Shown one piece after another: positions 13,431-26,475 of a stretch of 64,000 nucleotides of DNA; the first letter of the stretch is position 1, and every line of letters starts with the position of its first letter. Source of the stretch: Octopus sinensis (taxonomy: Eukaryota); contig NC_042997.1 in assembly GCF_006345805.1 (NCBI RefSeq), positions 103,788,001-103,852,000 of the forward strand, written 5' to 3'. Below the pieces are notes generated by a model. The model was not told the origin of the DNA and did no database searches. It saw only the letters and a list, made by a program, of their open reading frames with translations. A program made the translations under genes and the position numbers.

Positions 13431-13820
13431 TCTACTCTATGTACAAGGCCCGAAATTTTGGGGGAGAGGGCAGTCGATTAGATCGACCCCAGTACGCAGC
13501 TGGTACTTGATTTATCGACCACGAAAGGATGAAAGGCAAAGTCGACCTCGGCGGAATTTGAACTCAGAACGTAAAGACTGACGAAATACCTATTTCTTTA
13601 CTACACACAAGGGGCTAAACACAGAGGGGACGAACAAGGACAGAGAGACGGATTAATTCGATTATATCGACCCCAGTGCGTAACTGGTACTTATTTAATT
13701 GACCCCGAAAGGATTAAAGGCAAAGTCGACCTCGGTGGAATTTGAACTCAGAACGTAACGGCAGACGAAATACCACTAAGCATTTCGCCCGGCGTTCTAA
13801 CGACTCTGCCAGCTCGCCAC
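13431..13820 (-). mobile_element. Dimeric SINE family 1 (B + A)
   Basis: Same architecture and same junction (AAATACC|TATTTC on +) as 5811-6180. Confidence 0.85.
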
Positions 13821-13970
13821 TTTGCTTATAGTTATTTATAGTGAATATATACTTTCACAAAGCCATACTAGTCTGTCTCATTAGCATAACACTGCAGGCG
13901 CAAACAACGTGAATTAATTCATATGTAGATGGAGAAGTAAATAAATAAGTATATACACATACCATTACTT

Positions 13971-14453
13971 GTTCGTCCGTCATTGTCGACAATGACCAAG
14001 GTCATCACATGGGAGAAGAAGACGGGTCACAATGTGTTCGGCTGTAACCGATCATGCCGATGCGTGCCCAGAAGGCTCTTCTCTAGGTAGGGTAACTAGT
14101 GGTCTGCTGGAATTGAAGGCAAAGAATCGGCTCTGGACTTGCGAAGTTGGCGTTTTCTTTGTGCCCCTGCAATCCTGTTAGTAGCAGGTGGCACCTCCGT
14201 TGGTGCAGCTTTGCCGGACAGAGCGTTCTTGTGTATGCGTTTCCGAGGTGTTGGTGTTGATCTCAAAGCCCTTCAGTGAGGCTTTAAATGGATCCTGGAA
14301 GCGCTTTTTTACCTACCTTGCCTCCGCTTGCCTTCAGCCAGTTCACTTGGGTAGTCGCGTGTCAGACATTTGAAGAAGGTGGCCTTCTTCCCACCTGACA
14401 GGCCAAGTAATTTTCAACAGATTTCTCAAGCAGTTCATGTGAAAGCGGTTCAT
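13971..14453 (-). mobile_element. RTE (BovB-like) LINE 3' fragment
   Basis: MNRFHMNCLRNLLKITW..MSDTRLPK..KKRFQDPFKASLKGFEINT followed by a decayed C-terminal CCHH motif and 3' UTR. Confidence 0.8.
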
Positions 14454-14596
14454 GTATGTATGTATGTATGTATGTATGTATGTATGTATGTATGTATGTA
14501 TGTATGTAGTATGTATGTATGTATGTAGTATGTATGTATGTATGTATGTATGTATGTATGTATATATATATATTATATATATATATATATAATATA

Positions 14597-14638
<42 letters not shown>

Positions 14639-14699
14639 ATCTACAAAGAGCAGAACTTATCTTCAGGTATTGGTGGTCCAAATCAGAGGGGCAATCTAT

Positions 14700-15590
14700 G
14701 TGGGTGTCTTTTTCAGAATATTATATGGTTATTACATACCATACTATGTTGTTTTCTTCTGCACTACTGCTGTGTTCGCATCTAATTAGTCCTCTTCTCC
14801 TTCTTTTTTCTTGGTACATGCAGTCTGTCTGTGCCACTTTAGGGGGTGGAGTATCCCATATCTAGTCAGCAGCTTTCTTGTCTTTCTGTCTTAGCTGTTT
14901 ATTTCGTCTACTGTCCATGCGATTACCCATGTTCCATATCTAAGGAGTGAAACCTCCCAGGATAGCTTCAATCTTATTCCGTCTGTTTAATTTCGATTTA
15001 AGGTTCAGTGTCAGTGTGCGCAAGTACTTCACTTAAAATATTTCTATCATTTCTTTCTCTATCCATTTATAGCCCCACGAACTTACAGCTCGTCTCTTCT
15101 ATCCATTTCATAACCTCCCCCGACGGTATCGCTAGCTCGTCTATACATTTGATTTTGTCTCTCTTCAAGACTAACGCACCAAACTTTTTCAACACCGTAT
15201 CAACGAGGGAACGGACTTGGATTCACCTTTACCATAAAGTTTGAGGTCATCCATGAATAACAAATGGTTGATTTTTTTGTTGGCAGCTTTTGAATACATA
15301 CCCAGCCTTTGTGTTAGTAGTATCATGCACAGTACAAAGATCAGTGGGGACAGGCAGTCCCCTTGGAAGATGACTCTCCAGATTTTTATTGTCCCTAATA
15401 TTCTTCCATATGCTATCAGTTCCGTCTTCCACTTCGCTATAGTTTTTCCGAGCATTCGCTCAACTTTTGATCCAATACCAAATAAGTTCATACATTCCAT
15501 AATCCAAGAATGTGGAATCCTATCGTAGCCCTTACGATAATCGATCCATGACATAGCTAAATTAGTTTTCATATCCATGACAAGGATAAG
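14700..15590 (-). mobile_element. R4/Dong-like (RLE-type) LINE, RT and thumb fragment
   Basis: ORF 15189-15578: NLAMSWIDYRKGYDRIPHSW..IFQGDCLSP..HLLFMDDLKLY; further on, KSKLN.RNKIEA and LHP..DRL-like motifs. Confidence 0.85.
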
Positions 15591-15619
15591 CTAGTTTTCC
15601 TCCTCCCCCCTCCTCCACC

Positions 15620-15621
<2 letters not shown>

Positions 15622-15694
<73 letters not shown>

Positions 15695-16045
15695 CATTAT
15701 TAATTTTATTTTCATACACCCTCAACAGATTAGACGGTTGGAAAAGAAATAATCCTAACATCGGGCTACAAGAATTAGCCTTAGACGCTACGAACATAAC
15801 TAGTTGTCCTTATTAACAATGTTTTCTGCAGCTGCACTAAACTGGGTTTTATCCCTATTTCCTCTATTCTTGTGTTCAGATCTTTTGGAATAATTCCCAA
15901 TTCACCTATAACTACTGGGATACATTTTACCTACACTTTCCATAGTCTCTGTAATTCAATAGCTAGGTCCTAGTACTTTGCTATTTTTTCTATACCTCAC
16001 ATACTAATTTTTTCGTTATTTGGGACTGTAAAGTCTATTATCTGG
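15622..16045 (-). mobile_element. R4/Dong-like LINE 3' end with RLE domain remnant and (TAA)n tail
   Basis: KCQIIDFTVPN..KIAKY*DLAIELQRLWKV..CIPVVIGELG..QLQKT, then a short UTR and (AAT)n at 15622-15702. Confidence 0.8.
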
Positions 16046-16069
16046 CACTTTCTATTCCTCTTCGGTCGG

Positions 16070-17660
16070 ACCAGTTAAGTTGTGCCGGGTCTGATTTGGT
16101 CCAGACCTCCAGGTGGACAAGAATTAGGTGGAGGGTGAGAGCAGGCTAGCCAATCTTACCCAGAAATGGGCAGAGAGGAAGCTGTCCCTGAAAAGTCTGG
16201 CGGAGGTGGTGAATGCGTACATCACTTCCGTCTTCTACTACTGCCTAACCGTTGTCCTTTGCCCCACTTCGTACCTGATAAAGTTGGAGCGCTTGCTTTT
16301 CCAATTCCTATGGAAGAGAAGTGTTTCGTTTGTCAGACGATCCATCTGCTGTTAACAGCTGCTGAGTGGAGGACTGGGCAAGCCGTGGTTAATGATGTGC
16401 AGACATGTGCTGAGGCTGTGACTTCTCCAGCGTTTCCTTAACGGTGAGGTGTGATCGACGTTCGCTTTCGTCATCTGCTACCGCCTAACCGTCGTCCCAT
16501 GCCACACTTCCTGCTTGATAAAGTTGCGCTTGTTCTTCCACTTCCTATGGAAGAGAAATGTTCCGTTCCTCAGACGCTCCATCTGCTGTTAACAGCCGTT
16601 GAGCGGAGGACTGGGCAAACCGTGGCTACTGATGTGCAGACAAGTGCTTAAGCGTTTCCTTAACAGTGAGCAGGTGTGGTCGCAGCTCGTCTCACTGATG
16701 GAGCTACAGACCAGGGTCAACCGAGACCAAGAAAGGGTGCTTGGCACCTGGAATGTCGGCAAGCGCTCACAGCCTTCTGCTAGTCGGGCAACGCGGTCGG
16801 TGGAAGTTCCACCATGGAGTTCTAGAGAAGGTTAGTGGAAGGAAAGAGCGATGAAGTACTCGGGTAAAATCTAGGCGTCAAGCGGAATCAACTAACTGAC
16901 CTTTTCCGGAGGACTGTCGGGCCAGGACTTATGGATAACTTCCAGAAATCCCTAGCCTGACAGTGCTACCGGAGTGCTCTGCCGGTTCGAGAAAGCTCTA
17001 CAGACACGGAAGTGCCGTCAGACGGACCTGTCCGAGGTGTGGGCAGTGGGATGAAACAGTCCTGCATGCACTCATCCATTGACCGTGCATTACTGACCTT
17101 TGGAGCTTTGTTGAATAGCTATTTTCACGTGTAGGACGGATCTGGTTATCAGCCGAGTCCATTGTGAGGATCACCCCGCCTCCTTCTTTTAGCCGGGAAG
17201 AAGAGGTAGTTTTCCTCCGTCTGGTGGCTATAGTAAAAGTGGTAGTGTAGTAGGCGCGGTTGAAAGGACTGAAGTCAGACACTTTCCTCTTCGGTCGAGC
17301 CCTTATTGACTTTTCACAAGTTTCACTTGTAAAGGAAAGTGAGGGTGGAGTGGGAAGTACTGCCTCCCAGTAAGTTTATTGAAAGGTGGGTGAATGTTGC
17401 GAAAATGGCTCGTGTTAATGGGTCTACTCTGAATATTCGTCTGTAATCCGGAGCAGTTGAGGGGAAGAGGGGTGCCTACCTGGCCTGCCCTTGACAGTCG
17501 GGGTGACTAGGATGTATGGGGTACGCTGGCTGGTCCTGGGTGGAATTCTGCACTATTGGGGAATTTTGTTGTTTAAATTACTTTTGTTAACTGTTTTTGC
17601 TTTTATTGTTTACACGTTTTCCTATTTTAAACCCACTCCTCACTTGTTTTGTATTGTCAC
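16070..17660 (+). mobile_element. Decayed Tx1/L1-clade LINE 3' part
   Basis: WAERKLSLK..EVVNAYITSV..FLWK..VRRSICC is homologous to ORF 47437-48378; ORF2 ends near 17437, followed by a 3' UTR. Confidence 0.85.
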
Positions 17661-17661
17661 T

Positions 17662-17862
17662 TTTACTCTTTTACTTGTTCACTCATTTGACTGTGGCCAT
17701 GATGGAGCACCGCCTTTACTCGAGCAAATCGATTCCAGGACTTATTCTTTGTGAGCCTAGTACTTATTCTATCGGTGTCTTTTGCCGAACCGCTAAGTTA
17801 CGGGGACGTAAACATACCAGCATCGGTTGTCAAGCGATGTTGCGGGGACAAACACAGACACA

Positions 17863-17940
<78 letters not shown>

Positions 17941-18102
17941 TACGATAGGATTCTTTCAGTTTCCTTCTACCAAATCCACTTACAAGGCTTTGGTCGGCCT
18001 GAGTCTATAGTAGAAGACACTTGCCCAAGGTGCCACGTAGTGGGACTGAACCTGGAACTATGTGGTTGGTAAGCAAGCTACGTACCACACAGCCACTCCT
18101 GC
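17662..18102 (-). mobile_element. SINE family 2 (Meta-domain-like) with internal (TA)/(TG) tract
   Basis: Minus strand: GCAGGAGTGGCTGTGTGGT head, AAAGCCTTGTAAGTGGATTTGGTAGAAGGAAACTGAAAGAA, microsatellite, then tail GTAAAAGAGTAAAA. Confidence 0.8.
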
Positions 18103-18216
18103 GCTTTTGTATATGGCCCTTATGGTCAATAGAGAACGGATCATTATCATGATCATGATCATCATCATCATTTTCACCATCATCGTCATCATCGTCGCCG
18201 TCGTCGTCATCATCGC

Positions 18217-18250
<34 letters not shown>

Positions 18251-19287
18251 TTCTAAACTGTAGCTATACTACGGGTAAATCTGTGTTGTATTTGCACGAT
18301 ATATGTTGTGAACAACAAAACCGAACTAACAATGACAAAAATATGAAAAAAAAATGCAAAAGAATATAAATATGACAAACAAAATCCAGATCAAAACACA
18401 TCCGGTCGAAGAAACTGTATTTCCTATATCATAGATAATGTGTAGAACATTATCTTTAATTATTAATCCCATTTAGGTTTTTCTTTTTGTTTTTTGTTTT
18501 TAGACTTAGCTTAGAATCAGGTTTTTATCATCATACTTTGCTGAGATAAAGAAACAGATCACTTTCCAATAAATTGTAGAATTGAGTCTCTTAGGCTTTA
18601 TGACAGGGTTGTAGTACCCGATGTGGCAGCTGAATTATCATGTCATTATCAGTAAAGTTGGATTAAAAAAGGCGCCAAACTACTACCAACTGAGATTGAT
18701 TTTATAGTACAAGTTGACAAGCAGCACTCTATAAATGAATATATTGCCATCACATAAACATCAACAAAAGTACATATACATGTTCAAACATATAGACGCA
18801 TATATGCATGTGTGGGTGTGTAAGCGCAAGTAATATATATATATATATATATATATACATACATACATACACACACCAACATACTTGCATACATACATAC
18901 AAACATACATACATGCATACAGACATACATGCATACATACATACATACATACATACATACATACATACATACATACATACATACATACATACATACACAG
19001 ATGTATAAATGTAGTAAATTCAAAGAAAAGGCAATTAAAAATCAGAAGAATATAAGGAAAAACGAACGTAAGGACGGGCACGAGAAACATATTAATTTAA
19101 CTCTCAGTGAAAGGAGAGAGTTGTTAACGTTTCGAGCATAGTTCTACGTCAGAAGGAGAAGAGTCCAAAGAGAAACAAAGAAAAATCAGGAAAAATTGCC
19201 AATAATAACGTGCGGTTATATACATACACACATATATACATATATACGTATATGTATGTATGCATGTGTATATTATATAAATATGTA

Positions 19288-19544
19288 TATAATATATTAA
19301 ATTAGAGACAAAACCACTATTAGGCAAGTCAAACAATGAAAAACTTAAGCCAATACATATGATTATTTAATTTATATTATTTAAATATACAACAAAATTA
19401 TTAAAAAAATATAATTAATATCACACTACGATCGTTTTGTTATATATTTAAATAATATAAATTAAATAATCATATGTATTGGCTTAAGTTTTTCATTGTT
19501 TGATTTGCCTAATAGTGGTTTTGTCTCTAATTTAATATAATATA
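19288..19544. repeat. Inverted repeat with about 105-bp arms (Penelope-like terminal region suspected)
   Basis: 19288-19393 is the reverse complement of 19439-19544; related sequence (GAGACAAAACCACTATT) recurs near 53001. Confidence 0.9.
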
Positions 19545-19628
19545 ATATTTGACTATAAAATTGGATTCAACCCTAAATCTGATTTTTCCCTGTAAGTTTG
19601 GATTTATTCCCTAATATTTATTATTAAG

Positions 19629-19709
<81 letters not shown>

Positions 19710-19803
19710 AAGCCCCACATAATCACCCACGCGCCTATACATGCAGACACGCACACGTCAAGGTCACCAGCCCTCTTCAACACACACGTAATGCTCTCTT
19801 ATA

Positions 19804-21590
19804 CACCCTTTTATAGGCCACCCAATGTTTTGAGACTCTGCTATCTCTATGTTAATGAAACCCAGGATCATGGTAGATTATGGTATATTTCACAATATAC
19901 TTTAATTTTAATATCTGGTTGACCCTCTTTTAGTATAAGTTACATCTTTTATACGGTTAGCCTTTAAATCAACTAGTTCCTTGCAGATAATAGACGCAAT
20001 TTTACTCTATTCTTCTCTCAACTTTTGGCACGGATGCTCTTTATTTTTAATTGGTGTGTTCCTGATAGTTTCACCAAGAGTTCCCCATAGGTGTTCGATC
20101 GAATTTAGATCGGAACTTTGAACTGACCAGTCCATGGGAGCAATACCCTGTGTCTCAAACCTATTTCTTTATTACCCACAAGGGGCTAAACATAGGGGAG
20201 ACAAACATGGACAGACATAGGTATTAAGTCGATTATATCGACCCCAGTGCTTAACTGGTACTTAAATTATCGACCCCGAAAGGATGAAAGGTAAAGTCGA
20301 CCTCGGCGGAATTTGAACTCAGAACGTAGTGGCAGACGAAATACCGGTAAGCATTTCGCCCGGTGTGCTAACGTTTCTGCCAGCTCGCCGCCCTATGTAT
20401 GTGTCTCAAACCATTTACGAGTATTCTTTGCTGTACGGCATGGAGCGTTGTCCTGTTGAAAGATAACACTGTTTTTCAACACTCCTGGATGCAATTTAGC
20501 AATTGATGGCTCTAAAGCATCTGGTAACATAGAAATATAGGTAGCTGAATTCATCCTTCCCTGACATAAAAACATTTCTCCGGTTCCTGTGGCAGACATG
20601 AAGGCCCACACCATGATAGAACCACCCCCATGTTTTACGGTTGGGACCAGATAGCCTTAAATGCTTTCCCAACTCTGTGACGCACGAAAGTTGCACCAGA
20701 TGTACCGAAAACGTGAGTAAAAACATGAAAAATAATATTAGCTTTATGTTGGATATAGTTTTATATATTTTGAGCAACAAACCAGATACATTAAGTTTAT
20801 ATGTTGATTGAATACATGTACTATCTTACCTCATAGTTACTTTCATCAGACCATATGACTTTCGACTATTGCTCACTGGTTCAATTTGAGTGGTTTTTGG
20901 GCCACTGAAGATGTTTTTCCATATTCGCTTCAGAAACCCATGGCTTCTTCCTGGCTTTGCAGCCTTTCAGACCGTACTCTACAAGCCTTCTTCTAACAGT
21001 TCTAATTGATATTTGTGAAATACTTGCCTCATTGAGATTCACACAGAGCTGCGACTATGTTTTTCTCCTGTTTCTGAGCGACTGACGGGTGATGGAGCTG
21101 TCATCATGAGGTGATGTAACCTTTTTCTATCTGTTCTTTGTATTGTCTTCATATCTTTTGTCTCTCTGAAGCGCTTGAGAGTCGTTTGCACCGCCTATCA
21201 AAAACATTTCATCTTCTGAGCAATTTGACTTTAAGACATTCCATCTTCATGATGAGCTACGATTTGACTTCGCTCACACTCATTCAACTCCCTTGTTTTA
21301 GGTATTTTACTGTTTATCAACTGTATCTACAATATATTTTAATAAAAAAAAACAATGAAAATATGAAGGAAACATAAGTTAATTTTGGACGTTGGTCTTA
21401 CTCATAATTGGTAGCATATGAACAGTACAGTATAAAAGCGATAATTGATGCTAGAGGATGGTCAACGAGATATTAACACTAATGTATATTGTGAAATATA
21501 CCATAAACTACCATGTGCACGATTTTCATTAACACTGAGATAGTAGAACCCCTAAACATTGGGGTGGTCTAATACTTTTGGCCAAGGCTG
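19804..21590 (-). mobile_element. Tc1-like DD34E transposon with nonsense mutations, TIR remnants, an intron-like insert and a nested SINE
   Basis: (M)PKTRELNECERSQIV..KARKKP..VIWSDESNYE|VFG..GGSIMVW..FQQDNAPC..DLNSIEHLW..RGSTRY*. Right TIR reads CAGCCTTGGCCAAAAGTATTAGACCACCCC followed by TA; left TIR is decayed at 19804-19830. Confidence 0.85.
20161..20393 (-). mobile_element. SINE family 1 type B inserted in the Tc1 element with a 13-bp TSD
   Basis: TGTGTCTCAAACC is duplicated at 20149-20161 and 20400-20412. Confidence 0.9.
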
Positions 21591-21597
21591 TATATAT

Positions 21598-21755
21598 ACA
21601 ACGGGCTTCTTTCAGTTTCCGTCTACCAAATCCACTGACAAGACTTTGATCGGCCCGAAGGTATTGTAGAAGACACTTGCCTAGGTGCTACGCAGTGGGA
21701 CTGAACCTTGAACGATGTGGTGGGGAAGCAAACTTCTTACTATACAACCACGCCT
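21598..21755 (-). mobile_element. SINE family 2, 5' half
   Basis: TTCTTTCAGTTTCCGTCTACCAAATCCAC..AGAAGACACTTGCC on +. Confidence 0.75.
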
Positions 21756-21924
21756 AAATGTGTGTGTGTGTATACACAGTCCGATGATGGCTTATTTGGC
21801 TGAAATTTCGAAGTCACTGTCGACAACATTCTTGCATAAAAATAATAATTTTAATATATAAAATTATAGCGTAACCCATTAGATTAATGTAAAAAGACTT
21901 TTATTGTAACTGAAGATAAAAACA

Positions 21925-21984
<60 letters not shown>

Positions 21985-22460
21985 CCAAGATTAGGAAATG
22001 AAGTAGACAAAATCCAGACCTCATGTTTCATAGCTAACAGAACTTCGGAAGTTTTTCTACGCATTTTCAATCGAATCCCTTGCGAGTCGGCATGAAATCC
22101 CTTGACAATCTTAACTTCTTTTGATTAAGGTATCTTTGGCCGAATGGGTAGCTAGCGGATTACCCCTCGTTTCAATAATTACTAGTTCTGACGTTCTGAT
22201 AGCAATGAAGCATATGTAGCCTCGATTTTATCTACCCCATTCCCTAATTTGGGGTTTCTTTTTGCATACACAGCAACCTCTACTACTAACCGTAAGCTAT
22301 AAAACAATCTTTTCAGATTATCGAACTTCGATACAGGAAAATAGTGCAACCTTCTATGTCAATAAAGCACTATTGTTCCTGAAAGATTTTTTGTACCTTC
22401 TGCAAACTGCTCGAAACTTACTATCATCCTACACCTTGTTCCTTGGATCTTACCTTTACT

Positions 22461-22542
<82 letters not shown>

Positions 22543-22705
22543 GTACACACACACACAAATACACACACACACATAAAAACACATACACACACAGAATCAC
22601 AGACATACATCACTGGATTTCAATGCGAGTCTCTGTTTAAGTCAAGCGCCTATATAAATCCTGGATCGAGTACTGATTTGCTGAAATAACAAGAGTACAG
22701 TGCAT

Positions 22706-22761
<56 letters not shown>

Positions 22762-23369
22762 CATATATATGTGTGTGTGTGTGTGTGTGTTTGTGTGTAT
22801 ATATATATATATGCATGTATGTATAATAATAGAATGAGGCAAAATGAAGCGGATAAAAAGAATATGTAATGGGGAGAAATAAAGAGAGGTAAATAGAAAT
22901 AAAAGAGATAAAAGTAGTAGAATGTATTGAAAGGATTCTAGGAACCGCCTACGTCTCTCCGTATCCTATTACCAAACATATTAATCCATAAATGATATTT
23001 GTCATTGTTCCCTGTCTGGCTTTTTCTTCCTTTCTGTTTCCTTATACAATTGACAATGCGAGCATTTCATAATGCCTGATACGGATTTGTCGATATATTA
23101 TTTTTATAAAACATTTCACCGGAAACAGAAAAAGCACACACAGAAGCGTATATCTCTTAATATTCTTTTCTGGTTTATCTATCCAATTGTCAATCTGGTT
23201 AACTAGTTCAATCTATCTGGTTTCCAATGAATATATGTATCATTCTATACACCTATGCAAGTACATACATGCATGCATGCCTACATACATACACACATAC
23301 ATACATACATACATACATACATACATACATACATACATACATACATACATACATACATACAGGTTAATG

Positions 23370-23652
23370 ATGACTTTCGGTCATGAATGACCTAGAAAAA
23401 ATTCCCCTCCGAGGCACAAGTCCGGGCAAGATTGTTTCTCGCCACGCCACTGATGTTATCCAAGGGAAAAGCAAAGGCCGATACAGCTCGGCACCACTGA
23501 CGTTGCAACTCATTTCTACAGCTGAGTGAACTGGAGCAACGTGAAATAAAGTGTCTTGCTCAAAAATTCATCACATATCGCGGTCCGGGAATCGAACTCG
23601 CTACCTCATGATTGTGAGTCCAACGCTCTAACCACTGAGCCATATGCATTCA
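23370..23652 (-). mobile_element. SINE family 3
   Basis: tRNA-like head and GTGTCTTGCTCAA body; homologous to 3725-4015. Confidence 0.7.
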
Positions 23653-24916
23653 CATCCCTCCTTCCCTCCATCCATCAATCCATCCATCCGTCCATCCATC
23701 CATCCACCCATCCATCCATCCATCCATCCATCCATCCATCCATCCATACATACATACATACATGTGGTGATTGTCCCATCTTTACAGTTGATTGCTGTTT
23801 CCTTGTGTCTCTTCCTGGTCAATGGTGTTTCTGACTTACTGCCCGTGGCCTCTCACATGACTATTCCGTCCTGTTGCAGATCTCCATGGTGTGAAGCATA
23901 GGTGACTGATGAGTGCACCCTCACCACATTTGCATCGCAATAAAACTTTCAGTTGATGGAATAATAAATGAGGTCACCATAAAAAGACCTTCCGTCATTA
24001 GATTAAGTGATAAGCACTTGTACAACGCGAATGCCACTCTCCGAGTCTCCGTCTTTGGTATTTAGTGACAGGCTAAATCGAGATGACCAGTTATCATGCG
24101 AAACCACGAGTTATGCATTAGAGTGTCCCTCTTCTAGGAAGATGGTTTTACTTCATTTTATTACGCGCTCTGTCAGCAGTTAATGGTATTTCTGCGTCCC
24201 GTGCTCATATAGAATTTTAACTCATAGCTGGGATCCTAACAGGTGTTCTTGCTCCAGGTCAGAGTAGGCCTGGGAATAGTAGCTAAGATGTGGTTCCACA
24301 CTCAATGAAACCATGAAACTATTGAGCCTCTACTACCGCATGTAGTTTAAAGACATACTCAAGAACATATACGTATGCATACTTATATACATACATACTT
24401 ATGTACATATGTATATACCTATATCTATGTGTAAGTCATTTGATAGAAAAAAGACTTGATGGCATTGACTGATTTAGATTAGGTAGTAGAGTCATTTTCA
24501 TTTCGACTGCTGGCTGATGCTAAATGAGTGGCTATTACATCACAAATTATTTTCCTTTCCTTTGATTAGAAGTCCCAGTGTAATTTCGGTGGAAGATAGC
24601 GTTCACAGCTATTGGCTTAGATTTAGCAGTTAGATTGTCTCCTCAGTTGTAGCAAAATCATAGTTCAGTCCTTTTGTTAAGGGACAGAAAAAAACCTAGT
24701 GCAGTATATGAAGTTTGCCGCAGTTAGTGTGGCGGTCTTGGTAAGACTATTTGGAGAATACCGCCGGTTATGCGGGATGGGTCAATACCCTGGCCGTGTT
24801 TATTGTTCTTTCTTGAATGTTTGTTCTTTTTTTGTAAACCCATCAGTGTTTGTGTATGTGTGTATGCACGCACACACTCACACGCACACACTCACACGCA
24901 CGCGTATAATATATAC

Positions 24917-24953
<37 letters not shown>

Positions 24954-25214
24954 TGAAATTTATAGAAAAACAAAAGACAAAGACAGGTGTATGAACATCA
25001 AGCAGATGTATTAGTTTGACGCTCGGGAAAATAAAAAAAAGTCTTCTACTTTTCGAGCCTACGCTCTTCAAATGAAAGGAATAAAAGAAAGTAAACAGAG
25101 ACAGAATAAAGAAAAAAACTTGTAGATTTAACGATGGGTAAATTGTTACGATTTTATATTTTTATTTCACGCATGCGCATTGTTTGTTTTTGATTTTGTC
25201 GACTACACTATATA

Positions 25215-26475
25215 GTTGGGTACCGTCTGTGAGAAAAACAGCACCGCGACGCAATTCAAACTGCCAGAAATTTGGAAGCGACATGCTGTATTGTCTAGCA
25301 TTCACGCTGGAAGCTCCAGTACGGCCTCAGACTAATCACGGAGGCCTACATCAAGTGCCTGAAGGAGGAAATGCTGACCTGGGTCAAGACAGTGGCTGCT
25401 GGAAGACCCTATGTCTGGCAACAGGAATCTGCAGCATGCCACACAAGCAGGAGAGCCTAGTCGTGGCTGTCAGATAATTTCTCTGACCATAACATCCCTA
25501 ACTTCTGGCCACCTAACGCTCCACACTGCAACTCTCTTGATTATTATGTGTGGAGTGCAGTTGAGCGAGAGACCAACAAAACTCCCTGTAACACCAAAGA
25601 TGAACTGAAGACAAGGATTATGGCAGCATTCACCAGCATAAACAAGGAGACCATCCAGAAGAGCTGCAGGAAATTCCGAAGTCGTCTGAAGGCCGTGGTT
25701 GAAGCCAATGGCGATTTTATTGAATGAATTTACTCTTGTGTATTTCAAGATATTTTTATGTAATTTTTCTAAATATATTTGTTACAATGAGATGTCATTG
25801 TTAGTTTCATTTCTGCGTAATTTAAACGACAATGCATTCACCGCACCATGAAGCTCCAATAAACATTTCAGAGTGTTTGGGTGTCAATCCGAGAACAGCG
25901 GAATCTGAGGCCATGTACCGAGACTGATAAAAATCAAATATCCAGTCAACATCATAGAGTTTGGAGTGATCATAAGTGATGTCGGCGTTATGTCTCCATT
26001 CATCTTCTCACCCATCTCAACACAGAAGCCTACATCAAGTGCCTGGTAAAGGTAGTACTGCGCTGGGTCAAATGAGTGGCTGCTGGAAGACCCTATGTTT
26101 GGCAACAGGACTCTGCAGCATGCCACACAAGCAGGAGTGCCCAGGCATAGCTGTCAGTTTATTTCTGCGACCACATAACCCCTGACACTTAACTCCCCAG
26201 ACTGGAAACCCCTTGATTATTATGTGTGGGGCGATGTCGAACGAGAGACCAACAAAACTCCTTGTAACACCAAAGATGAACTGAAGAGAAGGATTATAGC
26301 AGCATTCACCAACTTAAACAAGGAGACCATCTAGACGAGCTGCAGGAGATTCTGAAGTCGTCTGGACGCCGTGGTTGAAATCTTTTATAAAATTTTGGTA
26401 AATCTATTAAAAAGAGATGTCTGTGTTATTTTCATTATAGCGTAATTTAGACGACACTTTATTCACCGCAACCTG
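25215..26475 (+). mobile_element. maT (DD37D) transposon remnants: two C-terminal halves in tandem
   Basis: PEIWKRHAVL..GSS N-terminus; WQQ(D/E)SAACHTS..37 aa..LDYYVW..RLKAVVEANGDFIE*; 3' TIR TTTATTCACCGCAACCTG followed by TA. Confidence 0.85.

Noticed and set aside
23900-23950. CTGATGA hammerhead-like core
   Set aside because: No properly placed GAAA or stem III.
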